From positions 1 through 64,000 of IMG/VR virus record IMGVR_UViG_3300020125_000051: a stretch of 64,000 nucleotides of DNA, one strand, 5' to 3'. How positions within the stretch are numbered: the stretch's first letter is position 1; each line of letters opens with the position of its first letter. This stretch comes from a virus. This document shows positions 18,057 to 28,923 of the stretch, piece by piece. A program made the position numbers and the translations under genes. The notes under the pieces were generated by a model that saw only the letters and a program-made list of their open reading frames with translations, did not search any database and had not been told where the DNA came from.

Positions 18057-18376
18057 TGCCGATTTGGGCAGTCGTTCGTGATCGACCTCGGGTTTTATTC
18101 GAGGACCACAGTAATGTTACTACCTCCACTCCAGTAGTTGGAACTTACCAGAAGTTGAACAAAGTTAGCTTTATTCTAACTAAAACCCATACTACTGGAA
18201 CTTATACGGCTACTTTTGACTGGTCACTTGATGGCAGCACCTCAATTTTCCAGACCACGTCGAGCCCAGCCAATAATACTCCAACTACTATTTCCGCAGA
18301 AGCACCATGGGTGCGGGTGACGATATCTGCCTCCGTGTCTAATTTCACCGCACATGAGACAGTTGTGATGATATGA
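18056..18376 (+). CDS. Hypothetical beta-rich (possibly virion) protein
   Basis: GGAGG RBS; Thr/Ser-rich. Confidence 0.6.
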   Translation: MPIWAVVRDRPRVLFEDHSNVTTSTPVVGTYQKLNKVSFILTKTHTTGTYTATFDWSLDGSTSIFQTTSSPANNTPTTISAEAPWVRVTISASVSNFTAHETVVMI

Positions 18377-18725
18377 AATTTCGTTATTGTAATGAGGCTC
18401 GTAATTGTAGCGATGGATGTTGACACATGAAAGCTGTTGAGACTTTACAAGATGAAATGCGAAATAAGGGATTAGTAACCGTAGGCGACCTCATTGAGTT
18501 GTTGGAGCAGCACCGGCCGGTAAAGGTGCCAGATAGATTTGCTATTAGTGGTGCGCAGTGGTTAGTTCACTGTAAACCATGTGATGGTGATAATTGGCAT
18601 ACTTGGCGTGACGGAGATATGCCAAGAGAGTGTTACTACTGGAAAAACTTGCGGCCCGCAGTATTGAAACAATTCAATTTAGTGGAAGTAGATGGAATCT
18701 ACGATGTAGTTAGGAGCTAACTACG

Positions 18726-18887
18726 ATGACCATTACTATTGATTGGGTTTTGTTTTTACTTGCAGCCATTTGCTTCTTGTTGGGTGCTATCAGCGTAGGT
18801 GTCGCCTTTGGGGCCAATAACAGTAAAAGCATTAACTGGATGCTGCTAGGGTTTTTCTTTATTACGGTTACGTTTTTAACACCTTAG
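18726..18887 (+). CDS. Small two-TM membrane protein (53 aa, not in ORF track)
   Basis: AGGAG RBS; MTITIDWVLFLLAAICFLLGAI...INWMLLGFFFITVTFLTP. Confidence 0.6.
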   Translation: MTITIDWVLFLLAAICFLLGAISVGVAFGANNSKSINWMLLGFFFITVTFLTP

Positions 18888-18903
18888 GAAAGTAGCGACT
18901 AAG

Positions 18904-20331
18904 ATGACTTCTCCGGATGTAGCACCAACTCTTACTAGGGTTGTCTCTAAGGAGAAGTACTTTGAAAAAATTGGTTACCAGCCGCACCCACGGCAAAAAT
19001 TGTTCCATGATTCAAAAGCACGATTTAAGATTCCTGTCTGTGGGCGGCGGTTCGGTAAAACCGTGATGGGTGCTCGTGAAGCCGAACCTACTCTCATGAT
19101 ACCCAACAAAAGAGTATGGATTGTCGGACCAACTTATGACCTTGGTGAGAAGGAATTCCGGGTTATTTGGAACGACATGATTATTAAGCTAGGGCTCGGG
19201 CGCGAGAAAGAAGTTAAAAAAGCGTTTAATAAGCGTTCTGGCGATATGTATATTGAGTTTCCCTGGGGAACTAGAATAGAAGTACGCTCTGCGGATCGCC
19301 CAGAAACACTTGTTGGTGATGCTTTAGACTATGTCATCATGGCAGAAGCTGCAAAACATACAAAGGAAACTTGGGATCGGTTTATTCGTCCAGCCTTAGC
19401 CGACCGCAGAGGGTCAGCCACGTTTAGTACAACGCCTGAAGGTCAGAACTGGATTCATGATCTGTGGCAAATGGGGCGCAACCCACTATTTGAAGAATAT
19501 GAGTCTTGGCGCTTCCCAGCTTGGGAAAACACATATGTCTATCCAGGTGGCCGGAATGATCCTGAGATAATATCTCAGGAATTAACAATGCCATCTGAGT
19601 GGTTCATGCAAGAAATTGCGGCTGATTTCACTTCATTCATGGGTAAAATCTACTCAGAATGGGATGAACAAGTACATGTGCAGCCACATAAATATAATCC
19701 AGCTTGGAAAAACTACATTGCGTTTGACTGGGGTTTTGTTAATCCAATGGCCGCAGTAGAATTCCAAGTTGACCCGATGGACCGAGTGCATGTGTGGCGA
19801 CTTCATTACAAATCTCATATTCGGTTAGAGACCTTCCTGTGGGAAATGAAAGAGCGAGCGCAGCCCGATGGTTATAAAATTGATCTTTGCTTCGGCGACG
19901 CTGCTGATCCTGAGGCTGTTGCCACAGTGTGTGAAAAGTTTGCTCCTTGCATAGCTGATCCTAAGTCTAAGGATAACTGGCGAGAAGGCATAGATTTAGT
20001 AAAAGGTTTTTTGAAGACCCAGACCGTAGGTGAGGCCGATGAATTCGGGACGCCTGTGGATGAGCCATGGCTCACCGTAGACAACACCTGCGGCGACCTG
20101 ATTAGAGAATTCAACAACTATCGGGCTGCTGCACCTACAACTGGCAAACCGAGGAATCCTAGAGAAGATGCACAGAAGTATGATGATCACGCTTTAGATG
20201 CTTTGCGTTACGCTTTGATGCACATTTTCAAGCTAGGTTGGACCCAAAGTCTACATGACTTCATTGATGTAAGCGAAATGCACCAAGTTCCATCCACAGG
20301 TTACTTCACATCTAAGATGAGTTTTTCATGA
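18904..20331 (+). CDS. terL: Terminase large subunit
   Basis: Walker A GRRFGKT, STTPEG motif, RNase H-like AFDWG and DDHALDALRY. Confidence 0.95.
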   Translation: MTSPDVAPTLTRVVSKEKYFEKIGYQPHPRQKLFHDSKARFKIPVCGRRFGKTVMGAREAEPTLMIPNKRVWIVGPTYDLGEKEFRVIWNDMIIKLGLGREKEVKKAFNKRSGDMYIEFPWGTRIEVRSADRPETLVGDALDYVIMAEAAKHTKETWDRFIRPALADRRGSATFSTTPEGQNWIHDLWQMGRNPLFEEYESWRFPAWENTYVYPGGRNDPEIISQELTMPSEWFMQEIAADFTSFMGKIYSEWDEQVHVQPHKYNPAWKNYIAFDWGFVNPMAAVEFQVDPMDRVHVWRLHYKSHIRLETFLWEMKERAQPDGYKIDLCFGDAADPEAVATVCEKFAPCIADPKSKDNWREGIDLVKGFLKTQTVGEADEFGTPVDEPWLTVDNTCGDLIREFNNYRAAAPTTGKPRNPREDAQKYDDHALDALRYALMHIFKLGWTQSLHDFIDVSEMHQVPSTGYFTSKMSFS

Positions 20332-20541
20332 AACAGACTATTTGGCAACGTTTATCTTATTGGCCGATGTTTGGTTGGAACCACTATGTTATTCGCAGAT
20401 GCACATGTCACAAACACTTCTGGCAAAGTTGGAGTGTTTAATGATAAATGCGATTTATGGATTCATGTGTGGTGGTACTTGCGTTGCGCTTATTGTAGCC
20501 GCAATCGTCTATTACTATGCGTATAAGATGTGGAATAACTC

Positions 20542-20898
20542 ATGACTACTTGTCCAAGAAGAATGCAAGAGTGGGGACCATGGGAGAAGGCTGAGAACCT
20601 AGACCATTGGCGTAAAGATAAGACTTGTTCCTTCTGTGGGAGTCTAAATCCAGATATATTTTTGGATTTACTTGCTAAAGGAAGAGTAGCAGTTACACCT
20701 ACTGATAAAAATTATAAAGCTTACGTAGAAGGTCTAGGTGTATTCAGAAAATTTTATTTTCAACATTTCGATTTTGAGCAGCAAGATAAATTTCTCGAGA
20801 TTTATAATACTGATCCTAGACCATTTAGAATGTCTGATCCTGGATATTTTTATGTATTACCGTTTTTTGCTCATAGAAGGGAGGTAGGTCATGAGTGA
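20542..20898 (+). CDS. Hypothetical phage protein
   Basis: CSFCGSL...TDKNYKAY...KFYFQH. Confidence 0.6.
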   Translation: MTTCPRRMQEWGPWEKAENLDHWRKDKTCSFCGSLNPDIFLDLLAKGRVAVTPTDKNYKAYVEGLGVFRKFYFQHFDFEQQDKFLEIYNTDPRPFRMSDPGYFYVLPFFAHRREVGHE

Positions 20899-22465
20899 TA
20901 ATTCGGAATATCTATCCATAATTGCTGAGTTAGAACAGAATGCTGAGACTCGAGAAATTGCAAATACTGCACAATTAACCAAACAAATTACTCTTAACGA
21001 AGCGTTGAATAGTTATGATTTAGTTAAGGCCGTGCATGATCCAGTTAATGGATCTTATGTAGTGATGGCCGAGCGTAACCCTAAATTAGACATAAATACG
21101 GCATTCAAGGAAATGGGTTACGTATCTCCATCTCCATTTACTTCTTGGACTCGTGACGAGCGTGTTCCGGAACTTAGAGATCAAACAGGTATTCGTACTT
21201 ACTATAACATGAAGCGAGCCGACGGCATTATTCGTGGCGCGTTAAGATTACTTAAGACTCCTGTTATGGCAGCTAGATGGTTCATTGAACCAGCTAGTGA
21301 TAGTACCTTAGACAAAAGCATTGCGGATTTCGTAGAACGAAACCTGTTTGAAGAGTTAAATGCACCTTGGTATCGTGTTCTTGAAGATGCGCTATTAATG
21401 TGTGAATATGGTTACATGCCGTTAGAAAAGGTATATGGACTAAACTCTGATGGTAAAATTGTACTAAAGAAACTAGCTCCACGACACCCACTTGATATTA
21501 TGCAATGGGAATATGACACAACAGGTGGGCCAAATGGTATCGTTATGGAACCTACCCAGGCGAACAACTTTGAGTCTATTTTTGTTCCTATTGAGAAGCT
21601 AGTTGTCTTTGTATTAGAGCAAGAAGCTGGTGACATGCGTGGAATTTCAATTCTACGATCTGCCTACAAGCATTACTACTACAAAGATACACTCTACAAA
21701 ATTGATGCTATCCAAAAGGAAAGACACGGAATTGGTGTTCCAATCATCAAAATCCCGCTTGGTGCCTCTGATAAGGACCGAGCACTTGCTGATGATTTGG
21801 GAAGAAACTTGCGTACCAATGAGCGTGCCCACATATCTTTGCCAATGAACTGGGAAGTGATGTTTGCTAAGTTAGAAGGTCAGCCAGTCGACTGCTTACC
21901 TTCAATAGCACATCACAATGATCAGATTATGCAAAATATTTTAGCAAACTTCTACAAAGATCCAAGTGCTAAAGAAGATTCAATGAACATGTTCTACAAG
22001 GGAACTCGTTACATTGCATCTACTCTAGCTGAAACTTTTAATCGTCATGTCATCAAACAACTTGTAGATTTCAATTACAATCGAGGAAAATACCCAATTC
22101 TTCGTGTTCGTAGAATTGGTGAGAACGAAGACCTACGTACATGGTCGTTTGCATTCCGTAACCTAGTTGGCGCTAACGCAATCTTCCCTGATGATCCACT
22201 AGAGGACTTCTTAAGAACAGAACTCGACCTACCACCAGCCGACAAGAAAACAGCACGTACGCCATTTGATCCTAGACAGCAACGTGCACAAGAACCTGGT
22301 CCTCCTGGTACTGTTGGTAGTCTTCCAACTCAAACATCACCTGGAAATACAACGAATCCAGCAAATAACACTGGATTACCTCATGTTGGTTTGCCTAGAC
22401 AAAAGGCACAACCACCAGTTAAACCTCCACAGAAAAACGCTGGATCTGATAGATCAGGAGGATAG
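20891..22465 (+). CDS. Portal protein (DUF935/Mu gp29-like)
   Basis: YGYMPLEKVY, GISILRSAY, ERHGIGVP; follows TerL. Confidence 0.9.
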   Translation: MSDNSEYLSIIAELEQNAETREIANTAQLTKQITLNEALNSYDLVKAVHDPVNGSYVVMAERNPKLDINTAFKEMGYVSPSPFTSWTRDERVPELRDQTGIRTYYNMKRADGIIRGALRLLKTPVMAARWFIEPASDSTLDKSIADFVERNLFEELNAPWYRVLEDALLMCEYGYMPLEKVYGLNSDGKIVLKKLAPRHPLDIMQWEYDTTGGPNGIVMEPTQANNFESIFVPIEKLVVFVLEQEAGDMRGISILRSAYKHYYYKDTLYKIDAIQKERHGIGVPIIKIPLGASDKDRALADDLGRNLRTNERAHISLPMNWEVMFAKLEGQPVDCLPSIAHHNDQIMQNILANFYKDPSAKEDSMNMFYKGTRYIASTLAETFNRHVIKQLVDFNYNRGKYPILRVRRIGENEDLRTWSFAFRNLVGANAIFPDDPLEDFLRTELDLPPADKKTARTPFDPRQQRAQEPGPPGTVGSLPTQTSPGNTTNPANNTGLPHVGLPRQKAQPPVKPPQKNAGSDRSGG

Positions 22466-22468
22466 CTA

Positions 22469-22738
22469 ATGCGTGCAGATCCACCTACTTCAGTTAGACA
22501 ACGCAGATTATCTGAATCTAGGCCAGATATTGCGACACATCGTCAGCGGACTGTCATAGAGCTGTCTGACCGAATGGTGAAAGGTTTTAAAAAGAACGCG
22601 CAAAGGATTGCGGCTAAGCAAGGAATGCCTTACGATCGGGCTGCGGCCATACTAGCTGCCGGTGCCCGGCGTGCGTCATCGGCCGCAAAACGTAAAAATC
22701 CTGCTCTTAAGAAGGTTAAGGGCAAAGCTAAATCATAG
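22469..22738 (+). CDS. Small basic protein
   Basis: AAILAAGARRASSAAKRKNPALKKVKGK. Confidence 0.6.
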   Translation: MRADPPTSVRQRRLSESRPDIATHRQRTVIELSDRMVKGFKKNAQRIAAKQGMPYDRAAAILAAGARRASSAAKRKNPALKKVKGKAKS

Positions 22739-22758
22739 GTTTGTCGGAAGGAGGGAAA

Positions 22759-23889
22759 ATGGGAACTAGTTCTAGCTTTCTTGTTGATGCTTTTACATTG
22801 ACTTTTGAAGAGTCTGATGGTAAGCAAAGTTCGTGGGTACACGCACTTGGGCTTGGTTCATTCAGGCACCCAACGTACGGAACCATCGATCTAACTACTG
22901 ATCGTATTAAGAACTTTGCAGATAGCGTCAAAAACAAGATTCGTGGAACAGTTGAGCCTAGCATCAACTACGTGCATGACAACAACAATGTCGCCGCTGG
23001 TTGGGTTAAGGACGCCGAGAGTCGTTCCGACGGCCTGTGGGTTTTTGTTGAGTGGGTCAGCGATGCTGCTAAAGCCATTTTAGAAAAGAAATGGCGTTAC
23101 TTCTCATCTGAGTTTACTGATGAGTGGGAAGACCCACAGGGTACTAAGCACAAGGATGTATTCATTGGTGGCGCGCTAACTAACCGTCCATTCATGAAGA
23201 ACCTTGTTCCGGTCAACTTGTCGGAAGACACTGTTGATATGGCTCTTGATTTAGTATCACTAATTAGCGGTGTGGACAAGGATTCTTTGAAGGGGGGTAA
23301 CGGTATGGAACTTAGCGATGCTGATGTTCAGAAGATAGTTGAAGGATTAGCCACAAAACTAGCTCCGACAACTACTCCACCAGTTCCGCCAGTACCGCAG
23401 GTTAGCCTTATGGATATTCCTGAGCTAAAGGCATTAGCAGAAGAAAACCCAATGGTTAAGCTTTTACTTGACCAGGTTGAGAAGCAGAATGCTGATCTTG
23501 CAAAGGGTGCAACTTCGCTTAAGGAAGCTGAAATTGCCCGCAAACTTACTGAGTTTGACCGGAGCAAGATTGTTCTAACGCCTGTTGCCAAGGAACTTAC
23601 TGAAAAACTGGCAATGGCTATTCCAGAGGCACTTTCAGATGACTTCTGGAAGCTTCTTACTGAAATGAAGCGTGGATCTTCATTCCTAGTAGAGCTTGGC
23701 GAGCGCACTGGCGCAACCGTAAACTACGGAACGCCAAAGTCTTATGTTAAGCAGTTCGACGAGCTAGCTGCGTCTCTAAAGTCAGAACACAAGCTATCTG
23801 ATGCAGATTCGTACGAGCGTGCAGCCTCACAGAACCCGGCGCTATACGCTAAGTACCGTGCCGAGCTAACGAACAGTGAGGTGAAATAA
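22759..23889 (+). CDS. Capsid maturation protease/scaffold (Mu I-like)
   Basis: YVH, AAGWV, RYFSSEF, GGALTNRPF; helical C-terminal scaffold region. Confidence 0.88.
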   Translation: MGTSSSFLVDAFTLTFEESDGKQSSWVHALGLGSFRHPTYGTIDLTTDRIKNFADSVKNKIRGTVEPSINYVHDNNNVAAGWVKDAESRSDGLWVFVEWVSDAAKAILEKKWRYFSSEFTDEWEDPQGTKHKDVFIGGALTNRPFMKNLVPVNLSEDTVDMALDLVSLISGVDKDSLKGGNGMELSDADVQKIVEGLATKLAPTTTPPVPPVPQVSLMDIPELKALAEENPMVKLLLDQVEKQNADLAKGATSLKEAEIARKLTEFDRSKIVLTPVAKELTEKLAMAIPEALSDDFWKLLTEMKRGSSFLVELGERTGATVNYGTPKSYVKQFDELAASLKSEHKLSDADSYERAASQNPALYAKYRAELTNSEVK

Positions 23890-24320
23890 TGGCTGGCTCT
23901 GGCGCTAATTTCGTTCTTGACAAGGCATTTAACTTACTATCTACTTACAACTCATCTGCTGCCGCAGGTGCACTTGCTAAGAGATTAGTTAAGTTTGCTG
24001 CTGGTGGTACAGTTGACCTTAACGTTGCTTCTAACACTCGTTCCATTGGTATCCTTATGGAGAACGTGGATGCGGTTAAGATTGCAACTGGTAAGGTTAT
24101 GGCCGATGTGCGTATGATTGGTATTGGTACCGTCAACTGCACAACTGCTGCTTCTGTGGTGCTTGGAAGCGTTCTTATGTCATCCACTGTTGGTGGTGTA
24201 CTACTTGCAGCTACCTCTGCCAACATCCCAATGGGATTAGCAGTTGGTATCACTGGTACTCTTGCCGATGGTAACGACATTCAGGTGCTATTCCTCGCTG
24301 GTCTACCGGCACTACCGTAA
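23889..24320 (+). CDS. Capsid decoration/cement protein
   Basis: Small Gly/Ala-rich beta protein between protease and capsid genes. Confidence 0.7.
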   Translation: MAGSGANFVLDKAFNLLSTYNSSAAAGALAKRLVKFAAGGTVDLNVASNTRSIGILMENVDAVKIATGKVMADVRMIGIGTVNCTTAASVVLGSVLMSSTVGGVLLAATSANIPMGLAVGITGTLADGNDIQVLFLAGLPALP

Positions 24321-24341
24321 TCTGAAGGGAGGGAAATTTAA

Positions 24342-25322
24342 ATGGCAGTTTACAATCCAACTGGATCTGGCAACGTTCACGTTGATAAGATTCTTACCCA
24401 GATCAGTGTGGCTTGGCCAAACACAGGTTTAGTTGGCGAACGCCTAATGCCAAGTGTTGGAGTACTTAAGCAGTCTGATAAGTACTACATCTTTGGACGT
24501 GAAGGTTGGCTTCCAGAAGATGACAACCGTGCACCTGGCACAGTAGCCAATGAGATCGCCGGTCTTGCCGTGTCTACGGACACATACTACGCCCGTGAAC
24601 ACTCTCTTCAGATCCCGGTAACTGACGAAGAGCGTGATAACGTTGACTCACCACTAGCACCAGATCGTGACGCGACCGAACTAGTTACGTCTAAGATTAT
24701 GCTAGGCCGTGAAGTTGCTATTAAGACGCTAGTTACCACTACTTCTAACTATGCATCAGGTTTGAGCACAACTCTTTCTGGTGCTGCACAGTGGAACTCT
24801 GCTAACTATGCAACTTCCGACCCTATCTCGGACCTTCGCACTGGCAAGGTTGCGGTTAACGCCCGTATCTTCCAGGACCCGAATGTTCTAGTGGTTCCTT
24901 ATCAGGTTATGGCTGCGCTGGAAGACCACCCAGACTTCCTAGAGCGTATTAAGTACTCTGAGCGGGCTATCTTCTCGCCTGAGCTTCTTGCAGCAGTTCT
25001 TGGTTTCGAGACTGTTGTTGTGCCTGGTGTTGGTATCAACAATGCTAACCCTGGTGCTTCCGCCTCACTTGGTTACCTGTGGGGTAAGGATGTTGTTATG
25101 GCGTGGGTGCCTCCGCGCGCAGGTCTTAAGATTCCTGCCTTTGGTTATGAATTCACTTGGGGAACACAGTACGTAGATCGTTGGCGTGAGGAACCACGGA
25201 AGTCTGATCTAATCCGTGCATCTCGTCGCTATGACCTTAAACTGGTTGCTCAGGGTGACCCAGGTTCTTCGGACGCTGGTAAAGCAATTGCCGGATATGT
25301 CATCAAGGCCGCGATTGCCTAG
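24342..25322 (+). CDS. Major capsid protein
   Basis: HVDKILTQISVAW, SDPISD, PAFGYEF; position and size. Confidence 0.9.
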   Translation: MAVYNPTGSGNVHVDKILTQISVAWPNTGLVGERLMPSVGVLKQSDKYYIFGREGWLPEDDNRAPGTVANEIAGLAVSTDTYYAREHSLQIPVTDEERDNVDSPLAPDRDATELVTSKIMLGREVAIKTLVTTTSNYASGLSTTLSGAAQWNSANYATSDPISDLRTGKVAVNARIFQDPNVLVVPYQVMAALEDHPDFLERIKYSERAIFSPELLAAVLGFETVVVPGVGINNANPGASASLGYLWGKDVVMAWVPPRAGLKIPAFGYEFTWGTQYVDRWREEPRKSDLIRASRRYDLKLVAQGDPGSSDAGKAIAGYVIKAAIA

Positions 25323-25330
25323 GAGCGATT

Positions 25331-25630
25331 ATGCCTAAGAAAATCTTCGCTGTTACTAATGTACGAGTTGGCCCAGCAGACGACCAATACTTTGCAGCTA
25401 ATAGTGTGATTGATCCAGCTAAATTTACTAAAGAGCAATTACTACAGCTGCATGAGTCTGGTGCTATTGAAATTCGTGTTGTGGATGAAGAAGTTGCTCC
25501 TGACGGTACTGCGGTAACCGACGTAGTTCCTGAATCTACAGAAACAACAGATGCATCCACTTCTACAGAGTCTACAGAGTCAACAGACACAACCGCTTCT
25601 ATGGATTCTACGGACGATACAGATAGCTAA
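25331..25630 (+). CDS. Head-associated protein with acidic Ser/Thr tail
   Basis: Position after the capsid gene. Confidence 0.5.
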   Translation: MPKKIFAVTNVRVGPADDQYFAANSVIDPAKFTKEQLLQLHESGAIEIRVVDEEVAPDGTAVTDVVPESTETTDASTSTESTESTDTTASMDSTDDTDS

Positions 25631-26076
25631 TGGCTAGAATACAGAAAGAAGATGCGCAAGGGTGGGTAGAGTCAACTAAGTTGCCTCTATCCTCCCTTGA
25701 CATTGCCTTATTAACTCAAATCGAAGGCGAAGTATTAGCAAGATTAGCCACAGCTTATGATACATCAACTTGGCTTGATCAAACTTCTACTCCGCTGGTT
25801 GTTCGAGTCATTATTGCAAAAACATATGTGGCTTGGATTTACGATAGACAGTATAGTGAGAACCAAACTGGTGGAAATGATTACGCAGCTATGTTGCGTA
25901 CAAATGCTGAAATGTTAATAGTTGGCTTAGTTAATGGTACAATTGATATTCCAGGTGTTAATCCAACAGGTTCTATTCCAAGCTTCTATCCAAATGATGC
26001 ATCTTCTGCACAAGATCCGACACCAGATGATACATCATTAGGACCTGCTGCATTCTCTATGGGAAAAGTATTCTGA
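25630..26076 (+). CDS. Head-tail adaptor (Mu gp36-like)
   Basis: Position, size, helical pattern. Confidence 0.6.
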   Translation: MARIQKEDAQGWVESTKLPLSSLDIALLTQIEGEVLARLATAYDTSTWLDQTSTPLVVRVIIAKTYVAWIYDRQYSENQTGGNDYAAMLRTNAEMLIVGLVNGTIDIPGVNPTGSIPSFYPNDASSAQDPTPDDTSLGPAAFSMGKVF

Positions 26077-26077
26077 T

Positions 26078-26830
26078 ATGGCGAGTAATTTCCCTAGACC
26101 CACGCCATTCATGATTTCTGAAGCCGTAGTTCGCGGCTTAGCAATTCCTGCAATTGAAATTGATCCACGATTTAACTTTGTTCGTGGAGCTTATATATTT
26201 GCTAGTGATATCCAATTACTAGATTTAAAGCTTAGAACATTCAAGGATCCTCTTGAAAAATCTCGAGATTTAGTGATTATTCCTGCAATTAAGCAAAATT
26301 TTGTAGAACAGGGTCGACCACAATGGAAGCAATTATCTAAGAGAACTCTTTACAATAGACTTATTGAAGGCTATCCGCGTGGTCCAATACTTGATAAAAC
26401 TGGACGATTGAAGCGAGCTGCAACTAAGAAGAATATCTGGGCTATAACTAGTGCAATTGGCCGTCAAGGCTATGATATGTTACAGCTAAGAACAATTTAT
26501 TTTGATCAATTAGTTCCATATGGTCAATTTCATCAACTTGGAGCCAGAATTCCATCTGCTAGAAATATTGGTGGTTTGTCTGGACGTTTTGGTTCTACTG
26601 GAAATCCACTTATACCAACTAATATTAAATTCTCTAAGAGTGTAACTCCAGGTGGATTTGTAGAGCATGGACGTGTTGAATTATTCCCAACTAGTGGTGG
26701 TAAGCTTCCTGCACGCCCATTCATAGCTATAACATTACAAGATGAAGTTGAAATCTACAACCTATTTACTACACACTTAACTACTCAGGTCAATAAATTC
26801 TGGGGCATGAAGGGTGACAAGGGACTATGA
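26078..26830 (+). CDS. Virion morphogenesis / tail completion protein (Mu G-like)
   Basis: NFVEQGRPQWKQLS, ILDKTGRL, YGQFHQLG, LPARPFI. Confidence 0.8.
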   Translation: MASNFPRPTPFMISEAVVRGLAIPAIEIDPRFNFVRGAYIFASDIQLLDLKLRTFKDPLEKSRDLVIIPAIKQNFVEQGRPQWKQLSKRTLYNRLIEGYPRGPILDKTGRLKRAATKKNIWAITSAIGRQGYDMLQLRTIYFDQLVPYGQFHQLGARIPSARNIGGLSGRFGSTGNPLIPTNIKFSKSVTPGGFVEHGRVELFPTSGGKLPARPFIAITLQDEVEIYNLFTTHLTTQVNKFWGMKGDKGL

Positions 26831-27297
26831 CCGCACCTGGACCACACACTGACACAGACGAAACTGTTGCTGAAGCTATTTTTAATCTTGTTTTTGATGA
26901 TAAAGAAGATTTGGAATTAGAAGACGTATTATATGGAAATCATATAATAATTCCTCGTAATAGTGCCGCTGTTATCCAAGCTATGGGTAAAAACAGAGCT
27001 TTAGCTGGTGTCGCTGCACCAGGTGGTAGAACATTAAATACCTTAATGGTTATGATTGATCTTCACTGGTCAAAAGTTGGCGATGAATCTACGCAACGTA
27101 GATTATGCGATGCCAGAGGCACTGCGTTAGAACGTAAAATTCATGAAGATACTACCCTTGGCGGAATTGTAATTCATGGTTTCGTTAATCAGGTTGATCG
27201 TGGCGAAACTTTATTCAATGGTAGTATGTTCAGAACAGTAAGAATGTCTTACGCTGCTACTACTAAGACATACTTATCTCCTCCTGCTGCACCGTAA
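26827..27297 (+). CDS. Putative tail terminator
   Basis: Position; DTTLGGIV motif. Confidence 0.55.
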   Translation: MTAPGPHTDTDETVAEAIFNLVFDDKEDLELEDVLYGNHIIIPRNSAAVIQAMGKNRALAGVAAPGGRTLNTLMVMIDLHWSKVGDESTQRRLCDARGTALERKIHEDTTLGGIVIHGFVNQVDRGETLFNGSMFRTVRMSYAATTKTYLSPPAAP

Positions 27298-27504
27298 AGG
27301 GGGCGCCATGCACTTCGAAATAGAATCAGACAGAGAAATTTCTGTCCTTGGTGTTGGTATTTTAACACCTGGCGAGCCTCATCGGTTGACAGATGAGGAG
27401 CGCCAGATGTTCAAAATTTACTATGGCCAAGATGTAATTGGTGCAAACTTTGCACCATATGTGAAAGTAACCGCAGTTGTTGAAAGTGCCGAGGGAGGTG
27501 AATA

Positions 27505-28773
27505 ATGGCTAACGTTGGAATTGGTGCTGCTGGTATTGCCGGCGTAGCCGTAGAACAACTGACACCTGTAGTTGCACTTGCTGCTACTCCTGTCGCAGGT
27601 GGCGCACTTACTGCTGGTACTTACAAATACTACATTACTGCAATTAATGCCAATGGTGAGACCACTAAGTCTAATGAGCTTACTGGTACTACTGCGGCTG
27701 GTAACTTAACGCTAACTCTAACCTGGACAGCAGTAACAGGTGCTACTGGGTATAAGATTTATCGTACTGCGGCCGCTGGTGCCACTGACTCTGAACTCTT
27801 GCTTACTACTGTTGGAGCAGTTACCACATTCAATGATACTGCCGTTGGTGCACCTGCTGGTGCTTTCCCGACAACTAATACAGCAGTAGCACCAGGTACG
27901 TATGTTGCGCCGACTAAGTTCTTCTCATTCAACAGCGAATCAATTGCTGTAGTGGAAGAAACTGTTTTCCGCCGGCCAATCCGGTTGAGCGCGGACGTTA
28001 TTAGCGCTGTTCCTGGTAACTTCCACCCTGAGGGTGAACTCAACCTTGAATCCATGGAAGATGTTATCATCTGGTTCCTGTGGGCTTCGAGAACAGCAAT
28101 TGTAAAGACTGGATCCTCACCTAACTTTACATATACTATTACTCCAACTCCAGCAGCTGTGCCAAATAAAACGCTATCTCTAACGATTGTTAGAAATGGT
28201 GTTGTGTTCGGTTACACTGGAGTTTGTTTAAATAACTTCAAGTTTGGTGTTGACAACGGACTTATGACGTTCAGTACCTCTGTTATTGGACGTGATGAAG
28301 CTGTTCAGTCTCTTCCTGTGCCAACATTCTCAACAGTTCTACCATTCGGTGCAGGTACATATTCTATCGAAATTCCAACAGCTTCGCCAGTGCTTGACAC
28401 TGACACATTCGAATTCTCGGTAGAAGATAACGCTGAAGCTCAATTCAGACTTAAGAACACTGGCCGTGGTGCACAGTTTATTAAGTATGGCGAGCGCAGT
28501 TCAACCACCACAGTTGAACGTGACTTCGTTGATCGCACTGATTACGATGCGTTCAAAGCTATTACAGCGCAGTCTGTTACAATTACAGCCTCTAAGGGTT
28601 CTAACAACTCAATTAGCATTCTTGCGCCTGTCTCCATTAAAGATACCTACACTGTGGGCTTGAGTGGTGAAGGTGATTTAGTTCGTGCTTCTATTGCTTA
28701 CCAGAACATCATTGATGGTACTGGAAAGTCTTGGCAAATTGTAGTTAAGACACAAGAGGACATCATTCCATAG
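27505..28773 (+). CDS. Major tail tube protein with FN3-like insertion
   Basis: Tube-like core with an internal FN3-like segment; precedes chaperone and tape measure genes. Confidence 0.8.
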   Translation: MANVGIGAAGIAGVAVEQLTPVVALAATPVAGGALTAGTYKYYITAINANGETTKSNELTGTTAAGNLTLTLTWTAVTGATGYKIYRTAAAGATDSELLLTTVGAVTTFNDTAVGAPAGAFPTTNTAVAPGTYVAPTKFFSFNSESIAVVEETVFRRPIRLSADVISAVPGNFHPEGELNLESMEDVIIWFLWASRTAIVKTGSSPNFTYTITPTPAAVPNKTLSLTIVRNGVVFGYTGVCLNNFKFGVDNGLMTFSTSVIGRDEAVQSLPVPTFSTVLPFGAGTYSIEIPTASPVLDTDTFEFSVEDNAEAQFRLKNTGRGAQFIKYGERSSTTTVERDFVDRTDYDAFKAITAQSVTITASKGSNNSISILAPVSIKDTYTVGLSGEGDLVRASIAYQNIIDGTGKSWQIVVKTQEDIIP

Positions 28774-28923
28774 TGAGTAGACATGAATCCAATTTTATTT
28801 TGGATTTTATTTTCAATTGCATATTGGGCTCTAGCATTTTTACTAATCAAAAAGAAGATTAAATTCAACTTGGTATTTCCAAGTGCTAAGGAAATGTTTC
28901 AGTTATCTAAGGAGATTAAGGCA

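Noticed and set aside
28783-28923. Hydrophobic N-terminal extension of the tail chaperone
   Set aside because: Better RBS before ATG 28924; the extension is unsupported though not excluded.
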